NCBI GenBank assembly: GCA_013265495.1
Contig: MU058065.1
Location: 3,139,003-3,203,002, forward strand
Source: Vicugna vicugna
Taxonomy: Eukaryota
DNA length: 64,000 nucleotides
Reading direction: 5' to 3'
In this document: positions 1 to 13,178 of the stretch, one piece after another
Layout of the letters: each line of letters starts with the position of its first letter
Numbering within the stretch: the stretch's first letter is position 1
Position numbers and translations under genes: made by a program
The notes under the pieces: generated by a model
Databases searched by the model: none
What the model was told of the DNA's origin: nothing
The model's input: the letters and a program-made list of their open reading frames with translations, nothing else

Positions 1-494
1 TGAATCCAAACTTATACTGATCTCTGCATGACACACCAATAAATTAAGAGACGAATTGTTGAGGCAAGGAATAGTGACCTTATTCAGAAAGCCAGCAGAC
101 CAAGAAGATGGTGGACTACTGTCCCAAAGAACCATCTTACCCAAGTTAGGATTCAAGTTTCCTTTGTACTAAAAGGGGAGGAGGGTGGCTGGTTGTTGCA
201 AACTTCTTGGTGCAGGAATCCTTTGTTCTTGTAGCTGTCCAGGTAGGTCTGGTCACCATGTTCCTGTAAACCTCCAAATGCTATTCTCTGCTCTACAAAT
301 TTTATCTCTACATGAATGGAAAGTTGTATACCTTAAAGGTCGGAGCCTGGAGAACGGGCTATCCTGTATATTTCAGGGTAGAGGCAACATTCTTTTACAA
401 AGGCTCAGACTCATGACTGAGCAGAGGCAACACAACACAAGGTTGGAGCTGAAGAAATAAATCCAATATGGAGTCAGGTTTGTTCTCTGTTATA
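1..494 (-). mobile_element. ERV1-type (MER41-like) solo LTR, cut by the window edge
   Basis: The reverse complement of 1-180 aligns to the R/U5 of the LTR at 58540-58725 (TATA-like box, 'ggctttctgaataa(g/a)gtcactattccttgcc'). The LTR start 'tataacagagaac' is at about 494. Confidence 0.75.
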
Positions 495-633
495 CCAGAA
501 GCAGATTTTGTTCGGAAGACTCTAAGTAATTTGTCTGGGGTACAAAAATATTCCATGTAGGCTGTTAATTACCCCAAATTTTTGCTGTTTCTCTCCTCCC
601 TCACCAAGTGGGCTGGCATTTCTGGGTTTCTTT

Positions 634-1107
634 TGTGAATGAAAATACTGCAACCTTGTCAGTAAACAAAGAATGCTGAAACCAAGTCATCAGCGGCTGC
701 TGCCACCCCCCAGTGAGGACGGGCCTGCAACCCAGCCTCTGCAGCCACTCACATTGGTGCCCTCTGAGCGGACTCGGAATAAGAAAGGACAGGATACTGG
801 CCCTAGATAGCTAGGTGCTTGTCAAAGGAATGAATTCAGGGAGCCCAAATGTTTGCTTCCTCCCATACATAGAAAAGCACTAAATTCTTTAACTAGAGAT
901 GCCTGGCTTTCTTTAGATAACAAGCAATCTTTTATTGTTCCATCTACCTGGTCTTTGTTGTAAAGCTCCTATATATCCTAGCTCCTCCCCTACCTCTTCG
1001 GAGCAGTCCCTCAGAGCCATCTGAGAGGTTGTCATCCCCGTTCGAGTCCTCCCACCAAATAAAACAACTGTTTTAACTTTTAGGCTGTGTATTTATTTCA
1101 GTTGACC
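634..1107 (+). mobile_element. ERV1 solo LTR (same family as 40250-40678)
   Basis: TG start, TATA-like 'ctatata', AATAAA at about 1058, imperfect 4-bp TSD cttt/gttt; homologous to 40260-40678. Confidence 0.8.
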
Positions 1108-1834
1108 GTTTCAAGTGCCCTTTTGAAGGGTTATTGTGAAACTTCAGGCTTTTATGTGAAAATCTGCATGGAACACACTTAGTTCATGTTCTAAATCTGC
1201 CTAACACAGTACAAGAGTTGTGTTAACAGAATTAATGCTAAAACAATGCTCCCTTCAGTAAATATTAATTATTCTATTTTCTTCTTATTAAATAGTAATA
1301 ACCACATAGATCATTCCTTACTAATACTCTACTTTTTTTTTTTTTGGCCATTCTGATGTATCTAAAAACTGATTCGGAATCTTTCAACAGTGATGCTTTT
1401 GCTGAATTTTGCAAGGGACCTAATTGCTTAGGAATCAATAAAGCGTATTAACCAGGTTTGTGTTTTATGTAAGCCAGGGGCCACGGCTGAAAGGCTTAGG
1501 CTTCATACTTTAATTTATTTTAGGATCATATTACCTAGCAGGGAGGGCCAACCGTCTCTCATAAAGCCTCACAGCTGTGGGATTGCCTCCAGCCCCACCA
1601 CGGGACAGTTTAGATTAGAAAATGAAAAAGAATCACATGTCCTATCGAAAGGACAGGGAGAAATTTGATGGTAAGTAAGTGACTGTTTATGAAAGGCAGC
1701 GCACTTTTAAGTCAGACAAACCTGTTCTTTGTTCTCAAGTGCCAGATGACTGTGCGCTTCTAAAACAGCGGGTCAAGATAGTTCCTGGAACCAGAAGAAC
1801 ACACCAGGGTTCCATTTTTTAAATTGCATTACTA

Positions 1835-1902
1835 GTCTGTGCCCAGAAATTGACACAACATTGTAAACTGACTATACCTCAATTTAAAAAAAATGCAAAA
1901 AA
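1835..1902 (+). mobile_element. Extremely 5'-truncated L1 (3' tail only) with TSD
   Basis: L1 terminus 'acacaacattgtaaactgactatacctcaat' plus A tail; perfect TSD aaattgcattacta at 1821-1834 and 1903-1916. Confidence 0.85.
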
Positions 1903-2391
1903 AAATTGCATTACTAAATCAAGAGAAAAAGTAGTGCAGACTTCTCCATACACTGTCCTAGGTTCCCTTTCTCCCTGGTTTATATTACCTGTTACTGTTA
2001 CAGGGGAAAATAGGCCAGCAACACCCCCCAGGAACCCCCCACTATTTTTCTTTCAGTACAAATGAAGTCAGGGGTGGTTCTGGCAGCGCCCGCGAGGCAG
2101 GCAGGCAGAGTGCAGGAGAGCTTCTGTTAATGTTATAAAAGCAGCCTTGAGCCACTGGCTCTGAGATCAAGATTACTACACAAACCAGGTGGGACTTGTT
2201 TTTCGGGGCATGACAGAGCAAGTTGGAATTTCACTTCAGTTTACTAGCCCACTGTATCTGTTGATTTGTTGCATGGAAAATATCTTTGAATCCCTAACAG
2301 TACTTTTACTCAAAGCAGTTTCATATGAATGTATGTTATTCTCACAGGTGCTATTACCTCTTAATTTTTTAAATTATAAATGTATACGTAA

Positions 2392-2779
2392 TGTGAAGGA
2401 AAAACCGGGCTGGGCTAACAAGATAACTCACAAATCTAAGTATTGGAATACTGATCTGAGTTCTGCTGGACTAACTCGTAAATCTAGGTTAATTAGTGTT
2501 GGTTTGCTGTTCATGTTTTTTGCTAGCCAGCTGGGTTTTCAAAGATACATATCTGGCTTTGGAATGTTGGTTTGCTGCCTCCCCACCTCCACTTTTGTGA
2601 TGATAATGCTGCTAAAGCTGTTCCATGCCCATTGGCCTAATACCCCAAGCTTGTACTTTACCCTATAAAACCTCATGCGCACGTCTTGGAGGTGCTCAGA
2701 CTGAGCCCGCTAATACATCTGAGTACACCAACCCTCCGAGTGGTGCTTGTTTCTTGACTGGCCTGTCATTTCCGTAACA
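2392..2779 (+). mobile_element. ERV solo LTR
   Basis: TG...CA ends (tgtgaagg...cgtaaca), internal 'ctataaaa' TATA, TSD gtaa/gtat. Confidence 0.6.
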
Positions 2780-2949
2780 GTATTACATAGAAATCATCAT
2801 GAAATAATTTAGAGAGATGCAAAAAAGGAAAATTAAAATGGCCTCTACTACTCTCACAAAGAAATAACCACCCTTAGATTTTTTTGGTGGGGGAGGGAGG
2901 AATTCATTCTAATTTATTTAGTCCCTCTGGTTTCCTGTATACACTTTAG

Positions 2950-3100
2950 CTTCAAAACACCCCTTTGAAGTAACGAGGTCAGGAATTATGTCAGTTTTGC
3001 TGATGAGGAAATTGAGGAACAGTGAAATTCCATGACCTGTCCAGAGTTTCACAAAAAGTCAACATCAAACCCCAAGCTGGCCCGACCTGTGGCTCAAGGT
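2950..3100 (+). mobile_element. MIR SINE fragment
   Basis: Core 'ttttgctgatgaggaaattgagg'. Confidence 0.55.
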
Positions 3101-3213
3101 CCCCCCTAAATGCTCTGCGTCACAGGTCGGCTTAGCTGCTCCATTGCTTCTGAGGTCAGCGTGGTGTCCCTCAAAGGCAGGGAGGAATCTTGTTTCTCAG
3201 TGGATTACAACTA

Positions 3214-3740
3214 CAGTCATTCCTCGTCACTCGCTGATCCTATACTTGCAAATTTGCCTCCTTGCTAACATTCATTGTAACTCCCAAATCAATACTCCCT
3301 GTGCTTTTGTTACCTGTGGTCTTGCTCCGAGCAGCAAAGATCTGAGTCTCCCTTTGCACACTGTTCTCAGCTGAGGTTGAACAAGGTGACTTGCTACCTT
3401 CTTGGTTCAGCTTTCCAACTGGAAACAAGTGTGATTTTACTGGTCTGTTTAGTGCTATGTCTTTTGCATTTTGCACTTTGGTCGGTGCTTTTGCTGTTAA
3501 AATGGCCCCCACGTGTAGTTCTGAAGAGCTTCTAGTGTTCCTGAACACGGGTTAAGCGCACTTCCTTCAGGCATGAGTTAGTGCTGTTGGCCATGAGTTC
3601 ACACATAAAACAAGGCATTGATTGGTGTAACCAAAGTTTCATCGGAACTTAATTATGTACTACACCTAGGACCAATGATTCAGTATTTGCTAATTAAATG
3701 TTTGCAGAGTCTTTAAAGAACATTAACTGCCACAAACGAG
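3214..3740 (+). mobile_element. Tigger-family (MER82-like) DNA transposon
   Basis: TA-cagt start; 'aaaatggccccc...ttcaggcatgagttagtgctgttggccatgagttc' matches a Tigger non-autonomous consensus. Confidence 0.65.
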
Positions 3741-4659
3741 TAGAATCATATCATTATTGTGACTTACTGTTGTTATTGCCTAATAATAAATGCTGTGGCT
3801 TCTCAGAGAATTTCAGCTTACTTCTGAGACTTTATAGAGAGGGTCTGACCTTAAGTTCATGCTTCTTCCTGCTGCAGATGCTCGGGGGTCCTCCATATTA
3901 CCTTCAACACCCTCAAGAGCACTTCTGGCCCCTGCCAGCAATTAATCATTGTTTCAAACCCAGATGTCTGTTACTGGAATCTCTCCTGTCTCAGGAAGCA
4001 CCAAGACAGTCCGTTTACAAATTAGGGCCCGGGGCAGCTTGCTTCTGGCTTTGCATTGAGACCATTACTGTTGGGGTCCTGAGGGCCTGCCCATTAATCC
4101 TACTTTCACCTTTGCTCCTTTTGGGACATCTAGGGTCACCCATTCAGAATCTCTGCTGTTCTGCTTTGACACCCTAGAATGCCTTAGGTGGATACGCAGA
4201 TTAAACCTCAAGGACTAGCATTGTTCTTTGAGTGACAAATGTTTACTTCTCTTTAAAGACTCACCGTCTAGAAAATATGCATATAACTTGTGCAAAAGTC
4301 TCTGAATTTCAGTACATTAAGCACAAATAAATCAGAACAAATATATATTTGCTTACTCTTTAAAGAAACCTTAGTTTCAAATGGAAGAACTCACCTGAAA
4401 CAATGTCTAATGAAAGCCAGAGAATATTCAGAGAAACAGCTTTTTCCCCCCCGGGAAATACTACAGCTTATATTTTCTGAGAAATTCCAAATGGGACTGG
4501 TGAACAGGCATCTAACATATAATAAAGTAATTCAATTGATTGTAAATATATGTTTTGTTTTTACTTCATGTGAATTACAGTTTTATGATAGGAAAAGTAA
4601 TACTGTCAACGAAAATAACCATCACAGGTGAAAGATAATTTCTTATTCAATTAGTCTAA

Positions 4660-4845
4660 AAACAACAGGGACTTCCTGTATAGCACAGGGAACTATACTC
4701 AATATCCTGTAATAAACCATAATGGAAAAGAATATGAAAAAGAATATGTATATATGTATAACTATATCACTTTGCTATATACCAGAAACTAACGTAATAT
4801 TGTAAATCAACTCTACTGTTTTCAATTAAAAAAAATAAATAATCT
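4660..4845 (+). mobile_element. L1 3' UTR end (cetartiodactyl type)
   Basis: 'tatagcacagggaactatactcaatatcctgtaataaaccataatggaaaagaatatg' plus A tail. Confidence 0.85.
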
Positions 4846-5169
4846 TTAAAAAGAACAAATTAATTTGGAAATAAATTTTAGTCATCTTGATATATATATT
4901 ATGAAGACAATTATTTATGCTTAAACATACACACTTTTATTATAACTGTCAATACTAAAATTATCATATCCCTGTTGCAAAATGCAAAAGGTATAAAACT
5001 TGAACACTTTCAGGAATCCAAGTTATTATAGTTGACAGACTCTAACCACCACTGTGATGAAGCCAAGAAAATGTAGCTCAAACAAGGGAATCATGAGTTG
5101 TCAATATATGTGGGTATCAATCACAACCATATTCAGAAATATGCATATGAAAAGTACACAAACTGAGTT

Positions 5170-6060
5170 GTTTTTTTTTTTAAGCCCACAAAATTGACAA
5201 AAATTGAAGACATCCTCTGCTGGGAAGGCTATGAAGAATTAGCCTTCTTATACATTGCTGGTAGGAGCGCGATGGAGTAAGCGGGCAACATCTGACAAAT
5301 CACAGTTGCGTTTACTATCTGCTCCAGAAATCTCAGTTCCGGGAAGCGGTTATACATATGTGCCCTCACACAAAGGAAATGTCATATGTTCAAGGTTACT
5401 CACAGCAGCAATGCTTGACAAAGCAAAGACATGCATCTAATAAGGGAATGCTTAAACATTAAGGTGCCTCTGCATAATAAAACACTATGCCACTGTGAAA
5501 AAGAGCAATGCTACAACATGGATGAACCCTGAAAGCATTATGTTTCGTGAAAGAAATCAATCACAAAGGATTACATATTGTATGATTCCATTTGTACAAA
5601 ATGTCCAGAATAGATATCTATAGAGACAGAAAATAGATTAGTGGTTGCCTTGGGCAAGGAGACTCAGTGGGAAGGTTGGTGGGTGACAGCTAAGGGGTAC
5701 AGGGTTAACTGGGGGAGGTAATAAAAATGTTATAAAATGGACTGCAATGATGGTTTCATAACTCTGTGAATATATTAAAAGCTATTGAATCTTATACTTC
5801 AAATGGGTGGATTATGTGGTATGCATACCAATAAACTGATGTTTTAAAATGAACAAAGATGTTCTCTATACATTGATACAGAAAGCTCTGTAGGATATGT
5901 TAAACAAAAGAGCAAAGTGCAAAGCAGTCAAGTTATACAATATTTTGAGTAGGAAAAGGGGAAAATAAAAATGTGTCCCTTTTGCTTGTACATAGAAAAA
6001 TGCTGGGAAGATACACATGAAATTAATTAAGTTCTCACCTGGAAGAGGAGTAGTAGAGAA
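5170..6060 (+). mobile_element. Old L1M fragments with a nested L1MB-like 3' end (about 5505-5840)
   Basis: 'tgctacaacatggatgaaccctgaaagcattatg...tgtatgattccattt...gtggttgcc' are typical L1MB/ME 3' motifs. Confidence 0.7.
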
Positions 6061-6667
6061 GGTTTAGACCAAGACAAAGAGTCCATGAATTTCTTGGCTG
6101 TGGATATTAATTTGAGATGATTTGTTTTGCCAACATAGACACCCAGTACCATAGTTTAATCTTGGGGCAATATTTTGAATGCAGACACATAGCACATTAT
6201 TTTTCCCAGGCATCACCCCAACAGTGTGCCTGTTTGTTCTTGTACAAAGTCTGTTTGCATTTGGGCTCATCAACATGGTGATAAAAGTCACAGCCAGGCA
6301 TATGCAAAGAGACACACTGAGCCAAATTCACTGAGCACATGTTCCTGAGCTCCAAGGAGGGTGGCCCTCTGCCTTCATCTTGGGCCTGTGTGCCAGGGAG
6401 CCCCTCACAACAGCACGGCAAGAATGCCCCGCAGCCAAGGACTGCCATCCCTGTGTCTGCAGATGTGACCAGGAAGGGGACGAGGGCAAGTGGCACAGGG
6501 AAGGGATTCACCTGCAGACGGTGCTTGGAAGGCGGAGCAGCAGCTACTGAGTCTGCTTCATGCTGCACTCAGTTGTAATTCACGGATTTTAAAATATTAA
6601 TACAATTTCAGCTCTTTCAACTGATGCTAATCCATCTCCACGGTGCAGACATTAAAATCTGGCCCTG

Positions 6668-6812
6668 GCGGGGGTTGAGGGTATATAACTCAAGTGTAGA
6701 CTGCATACTTAACCTGCATGACATCCTGGGTTCAATCCTCAGCACCTCCTCTAAAAATAAATAAATAAATAAACCTAATTACCTTCGACCCCCCCCAAAA
6801 AAAATTAAAAAA
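6668..6812 (+). mobile_element. Camelid tRNA-derived SINE (Vic-1 type)
   Basis: tRNA-like head with B box (gggttcaatcc), (aaat)n, A tail; TSD about aaatctggccctg/acatctgaccctg. Confidence 0.85.
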
Positions 6813-9636
6813 GAACATCTGACCCTGTCTATTGTTGTGTCGATAGCTGATGGGAGACATGGCACTGCCTCAGATACACCAGCCAGAAAGGGCAACTCCC
6901 TCGTGTACTGCTTCTTGAACAACCGCCCAGGATTTAGAGCAATCTAGAACAATCACTCTTAGGTCATAACTCAGCAAGTTGTCCAACTTCTCCACTACAC
7001 TGGGATTAGAGAAAAGCAAATTCAAAAGAAATTATTCCCATAAAAATGGTGGTGAAGGACTGACAGGTATTGTGTTCTTCCCTAAGACCAACTGTTAATA
7101 GTAATAACATCCTTCATAAGGAAGAAAAATACAGCATAAGTGCCAGAAAATTAAATCTGTAAAATCAACCCTCATATAAAAGTCACTTGTATCCTGTTTT
7201 AAATCCAGTAGGGGAGGAAAAGGAGGCCCTAAAACAAACACATCATTGTCATTTTTAATTTATTCGCTCTGTTCTACCCAAACTGTACCACGGGGTCTGA
7301 GAAAAACGCACCATTCTTAGGTTAGGGAATATTAGCATTAATTCTGTCTTTATGTCTTGTATGTTACTGTGTCCAAAACATTTTCTTGCTGAGGTTCACC
7401 CCAAATGTCATAATATTGCCCATGATCAGGATCTTGCAAAATAATTTAGGCTGATACATCTATTACAGACAAAATTGATATGGGAAAACATTAAATTAAA
7501 AAGGAACTTTTTTTAAAATATAATTTTGTTATGCTTAGAAGAAAAACTAGAAGGAAGATATAAAAATATATATCAAAGTCTTAGTAGTGATTACCTTTAG
7601 GGAGTAAGAATAGCATAGCTTTTATTTCAGTTACCTGCATTCTATACTCAGCATAATTTTTTCTATCATCCTGAGAAATAATAGTGATTCTATTTCAGAA
7701 AATAGGTAAGAAAGCTAAAAAAAAAAAAAAAGAAAGAAAGAAAGAAAAAGTAAGCTGATAGATAGAGATATCCAGTAAATTGAGACGAAATCATGATTTC
7801 TAGTACAAACGGTCTCAATACAAAACTGAATTTCCCTTCCGATTCCTCTACGTCAAAGTGTGTAGTCATGCATAGAAAAAATTACACAGCTACGCAAAGC
7901 ACAATGACTGATTTCTTGTTGTTATTTATTAGGAGTGGTTTCGAGAATTCAATTTACTTGCATTCTGATATACAACTAATATAACTGACAGCTGAGCAAT
8001 TCTCAAAATTAAAAGCAATCAAACAAACAAATCAAAGAGCATTTCTCAGAAATGTTTTCTTCACATTGCCTCATGCAGCAAAGTTCCTTAGTGTTTTAAA
8101 TTTCCTAGTTGCATATTAAAATTTCAGTGTTTGGTATTCCAGACTATCCATATTCTGATTATTTTCTCAGGTAAAAGAAACAGAGTTTATCTGAAGATTA
8201 TTTTTTCACTAACAGTAGCCCCAGTTTTGTCTCCTTGGTTAATATTCTTATTCTACAGTCACCTCCTAGGGTTCTAGAAGAATAGATGCTTAAAAGAAAG
8301 AAATTTTTATGACTTCAGGGGAAAATGTTTACTAAAATTAAAATTACCTTTGGAGTGGCTGTGGCTTAAATGCAGTGAGAATATATATCTGATTATTTAT
8401 GTTTGGCTTGGGAAGCAACAGTGCCACATTCTTCTTTGCCCTATAAACTAGAGTTTGTCTGTTCACAGGCACCATTAGGTCCTTGGTTTACTCTGTAGCT
8501 GTTGGGCTCCCACTTTATACCTGGCCCTGGGAAAAGAGTTGTGAGCAAAACTCTCCAGGGTTCCCTGTCTTTGAAGCAGACCATCCACAGACTCTCAAGT
8601 CCAACTCCTTTCTTTGAAACTGCTGGGACATAGACTCTGAGTCAGCACCAGGTGCCCAGCCTTCAAGTCAAGGGCTGGGAGGCAGGTGAGGGGATCCTCT
8701 CTGATGCTTCTGGAGCCCAAGCACTGGCTATGGGAGAAGCTCTGCTTTGGGGAGAAGGGGCCCTGCGTTGGGACTGATTTGCTAGTTTATCTCCATTTAT
8801 CTGAGCACATGCAAGAATCCCAAGGAGGAGATTTGGAGAGGACAGGTACCAGTCCCACACTCATCCTCTAACTGCTACCGGCGACATCTCCACTACTGCC
8901 TTTCCTGGTGTTTAACTTTGCTTCTGCTGAATCAAAGGCTTTAAAAGGGCCAAGACTGTGCCTCACGTTCCTTTATATTCCCCTAAAGAGCTTACTCAGT
9001 ACACAGCTTTCACATAACAGAGGTACAAAGAATGTTTGTCTATATGATTTTCCTTCTTTCAGGAAGATAAAAGCCATGTGCCAAGCATGATTAGCCAATT
9101 GTATGAGCCAAGGGGCAGAGTTGTACAGATAAGTCTAAGCAGACTTAGATCGCAGCCCTATTGGATTTGACTGCCTGTGCATTGAATTGTACTTGACCTC
9201 CACTCTGCTCCTCTCTCATCACCTGTGCCCCTACCACCACCCACCATCTCACCAGGACTAAGAAAATAGTACAGGGCTGAATTTCCACGTTAGATCCTTT
9301 ATAACCAGCTTATTGTACTCTTAAATATATAACATTTAAGAAAACATTATTTCTCTTTAAACAAATTTCTTAACCCTTCCTTGAGTGATGAAAATAATTT
9401 CTCTTGGTTAAAGCAACAAAAACCTTCAAGAAAGTAATCAAAAAATTTCATGCAAGTAATAACTTATAACCTATAAGCAATGTCTTCCCTATTAAGAACA
9501 AAATCATTTGGTGTAGCAAAAGGATTTCCAAAGTTATATTCATGTTGTCAGGCAACAAAATGAAGTAACATTTTAATAAGTAAATCACTTTAAGATATAG
9601 CAGAATGATTATCTAAGTTTAGAAATGGGAAACCCT

Positions 9637-10846
9637 ACCATAAATCTCCTAGAAAAGAACATAGGGAAAACACTTTCTGGCATAAATTGTAGCAATGTTC
9701 TCCTAGGTCAGTCTACCAAGGCAATAGAAATAAAAGCACAAATAAACAAATGGGACCTAATTAAACTTTTAAGCTTTTGCATAGCAAAGGAAACCATAAA
9801 CAAAAGAAAAGACAACCTATGGACTAGGAGAAAATATTTGCAAATGATGTGATGGAACAAGGGCTTAAATTCCAGAATATATAAACAGCTCACACAATTC
9901 GAACAAACAACCCAATCAGAAAATAGGCAGAAGACCTAAACAAACATTTCTCCAATGAAGACATGCAGATGGCCAATAGGCACATGAAAAGATGTTCAAC
10001 ATCACATCTTTTCCTTAACAGAGAAATGCAAATCAAAACTACAATGAGGTATCACCTCACATGAGTCAGAATAGCCATCATTAAAAGGTCCACATACAAT
10101 AAATGCTGGAGAGGGTGTGGAGAAAAGGTAACCCTTCTACGTTGTTGGTGGGAATGTAATTTGGTGCAACCACTATGGAAATCAGTACAGAGATTTCTTG
10201 AAAAACTAAAAATAGAGTTACCATATGATCCATCGATCCCATTCTTGGGCATATATCTGGAGAAAACTTCAACTTGAAAAGATACATGCACCTTAATGTT
10301 CATAGCAGCACTATTTACAATAGCCAAGACATAGAAGCAACCTAAATGTCCACTGACAGATGATTGCATAAAGAAGTTGTGGTATATCTATCCAATGGAA
10401 TACTACTCAGCCATAAAAATGAATGAAATAATGGCATTTGCAGCAACGTGGTTGGACCTAGAGATTATCATACTAAGTGAAGTAAGTCAGACAGAGAAAG
10501 ACAAATATTATATGATATTACTTATACATGTTATCTAAAAAATGATGCAAATGAATTTATTTACAAAACAGAAATAGACTGACAGACATAGAAAACAAAC
10601 TATAGTTGCCAAAGGGGGAAGGGAAGAGAGGGATAAATTAAAGGTGTGGAATTAGCAGATACAAAATACTATACATAGAATAGATGAACAAGGTCCTACT
10701 GTATGGCACAGGGAACTATATTCAATAGCTTGAAATAACTTAAAATGAAAAGAATACATATATATGTATATAGTTGAATCACTATGCTGCATACCAGAAA
10801 CTAACACAACATTGTAAATCAACTCTACTCCAAATAAAAAAAAAAA
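9637..10846 (+). mobile_element. 5'-truncated L1 (ORF2 C-terminus + 3' UTR + polyA), followed by a candidate 3' transduction
   Basis: ORF2 remnant 'INKWDLIKLLSFCIAKETINK'; complete 3' UTR; polyA at 10836-10846. Confidence 0.95.
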
Positions 10847-11236
10847 TGGTGAGGATTTTGGGTCATTTTGACAAGTTACTCAGTTTTTCTGGATGTCTCC
10901 CATGTCTACGTGTTATTAAACTTTGTTTGGTTTTCTCCTGTTAAAAAAGAAAAAGAAAAAGAAAAAGAAAGCAATAGGAAACTCTGAACTGTGTGGCAGG
11001 GAATTTTTCTATAGACAGCAATTTGCCGACAACTTCAAGAGGGAACTACTCAAAGATGTACTGACAATGTGCATAGCTTTCATTTCCATGGCTCAGTAAC
11101 CTGGCTTCCCTGGAGGTGCTTGATACAACCGAGTAGGAGAGGCTTTTGTGAGCCCTTGAATCTAGGACGAATGCTAGCCAACTTCATTAGGCCATAGGAC
11201 CATCCTGCCGGACACCCAAATCTCAGCTCATGTCCA

Positions 11237-11386
11237 GAGGGGAAGGTATAGCTCAGTACTAGAGTACCTGCTTAGCATGCACGAGGTCCTGGGTTCAATC
11301 CCCAGCACCTCCAGTAAACAAACAAACAAACAAATCAATCAATCAATCTACCTCCCCCCCCCAAAATAATTAATTAATTAATTAAA
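11237..11386 (+). mobile_element. Vic-1-type SINE
   Basis: 'ggtatagctcagt...cttagcatgcacgaggtcctgggttcaatccccagc'; TSD aaatctcagctcatgtcca/aaatctcaggtcacgccca. Confidence 0.9.
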
Positions 11387-11952
11387 AAATCTCAGGTCAC
11401 GCCCAAGGCTCTTGGAATTAGGGTTCAGACTGGACCCAGTTCTGTACCTCTGAGAGATCCCCACTGCAAAGGCCAAGTGCCTTCCCGCTGAAGTATTCTG
11501 CAACCAAGTGGTAGGTCATTTCTGAAAGGAGCAAACCTGTCAGGTTAAGGGGAACTTTGGTCCATTAACTATGCCCAGGGCCACACCTTCCCTCCCAGAG
11601 CTGCTTGTGAATCCCAAGCTCCCCATGTACCAAGGGCAAGCAGAGGCAGATGCTACGCTGAGTTCTCTGTCAACACGTTGAGTCACCCCTTGGGGTATCA
11701 ACTGAAAGATATTTGCTTGGCAGCAGACAGGCTGGGGTTTTCGTGGGACCCAGTGGAATACCAGCCCACTCCAGTCTTTAAATACTACCTAGAAAATTAG
11801 AAAAATATAAAAGAAAAGGAGGAGTTACATTTCCGTCTAAGTGCCACTCAGAAATGGGAAGTTTACTGTATTTTAGTCACCAGAGTTAAAATAAGCCATT
11901 AATCAGCCTCTTTCTGAGAATTCTCTAAATCTTCTTGTCTTTAAGAATTATG

Positions 11953-12085
11953 GTAGCTCACAGCAAAAAAAAAAGTGACAATGAATATATGTATGTTCAT
12001 GTATAACTGAAAAACTGTGCTCTACACTGGAATTTGACACAGCATTGTAAAATGACTATAACGCAATAAAAATGTTACAAAATAA
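11953..12085 (+). mobile_element. Short young L1 3' end with TSD
   Basis: 'tttgacacagcattgtaaaatgactataac' plus AATAAA; TSD aagaattatg at 11943-11952 and 12086-12095. Confidence 0.8.
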
Positions 12086-13022
12086 AAGAATTATGACTCT
12101 AAAGCAAATATAGGGCAACGATGGAATGAGTCTCTGAATGACTAGAGGTTTTTTTGTGTGTGTTTGTTTTGCTTTTTTTTTTTTAACAAAGCCCCAAACA
12201 ACTGGTGTTCAGAACTTTCCAAGTAACTCCCTTCAAAAGCAATATGAGGACATTTCTTTGCAGAAGGCACATGGCACTAAGTTCAAAAGAAAGGACTGAG
12301 ATGGGAACCTTTCCCTCCTAAGGTCAAAAAAGATAAGCGGCAGGAAAGATTATTTGGGGGGAGGAGGGAGCTTGGGGGAAAGACCATTTCACACTTATTC
12401 CTGGCAGCCGTTACAGAAACCCATCCTAATGAGATTAACATTCTTGAAAATGATCTCTGGAGCATGGACCCCAGGCGGTCTTCCCTTTGACATCAAGTCT
12501 AGGAACTGTTTGTTGAGTTCCTGTTTTAAATCTTTGTCAGAATTTCCTCAGCAAGAAAAACCTAAGGCCTCTGACAACTTAAGAGACGATTTCAAAAGCT
12601 GAGGTCCACCTTCAGTGTTTCAGGTGCCCACGGGCCTGGGCCTGATTACTGGGCATTGCAGGGGCAGGGTGCCCTCCCTCAAGCTCAGCAGCTCACGCCA
12701 CCGCCTTTCAGTGCCCCGTGTGACAGACCATGGCAGGGAGCCAAGGGCCACCTCCGGGGGACTGTCTGCTCCCTGAGGCCAATGCCCAAACCTGTTTGCC
12801 CCACTGCCAGACACTCACCTCCACTACAGGGCCTGGCACAAAGGCTGTGCTCAGTAAATATTTGGCGAGTGACAGACAAAGGAACGATCATCAGCTCTTG
12901 GGAAACCTGGAACCCCTTCTGAGGCTTCTGGTTCAGGATCTATACTGCCTTTGCCAGACGTCCCACAGTGGGACACTTTTCAGGGAGAGGAAGTCTCTCT
13001 AGAGTCATCAAAAGGCAGTTTA

Positions 13023-13178
13023 GTGGGGTGGGTATAGCTCAGTAGCAGTGCGCATGCTTAGCATGCATGAGGTCCTCTGTTCAATCCCCAGTACCTCCAT
13101 CAAAAAAACACAAAACAGAAACAACAAAACAAAAACAAAAAAGTCTAGTTACCTCGCCCCCCAAAAAATAAGCTTAAA
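13023..13178 (+). mobile_element. Vic-1-type SINE
   Basis: tRNA-Ala-like head; TSD aaaaggcagttta/aaacggcagttta. Confidence 0.9.

Noticed and set aside
11240..11315. tRNA-Ala-like sequences (also near 6675, 13025, 33250, 44740, 55130 and 60800)
   Set aside because: Each is joined to a SINE body and tail, and most have recognisable TSDs; they are SINE heads, not tRNA genes.
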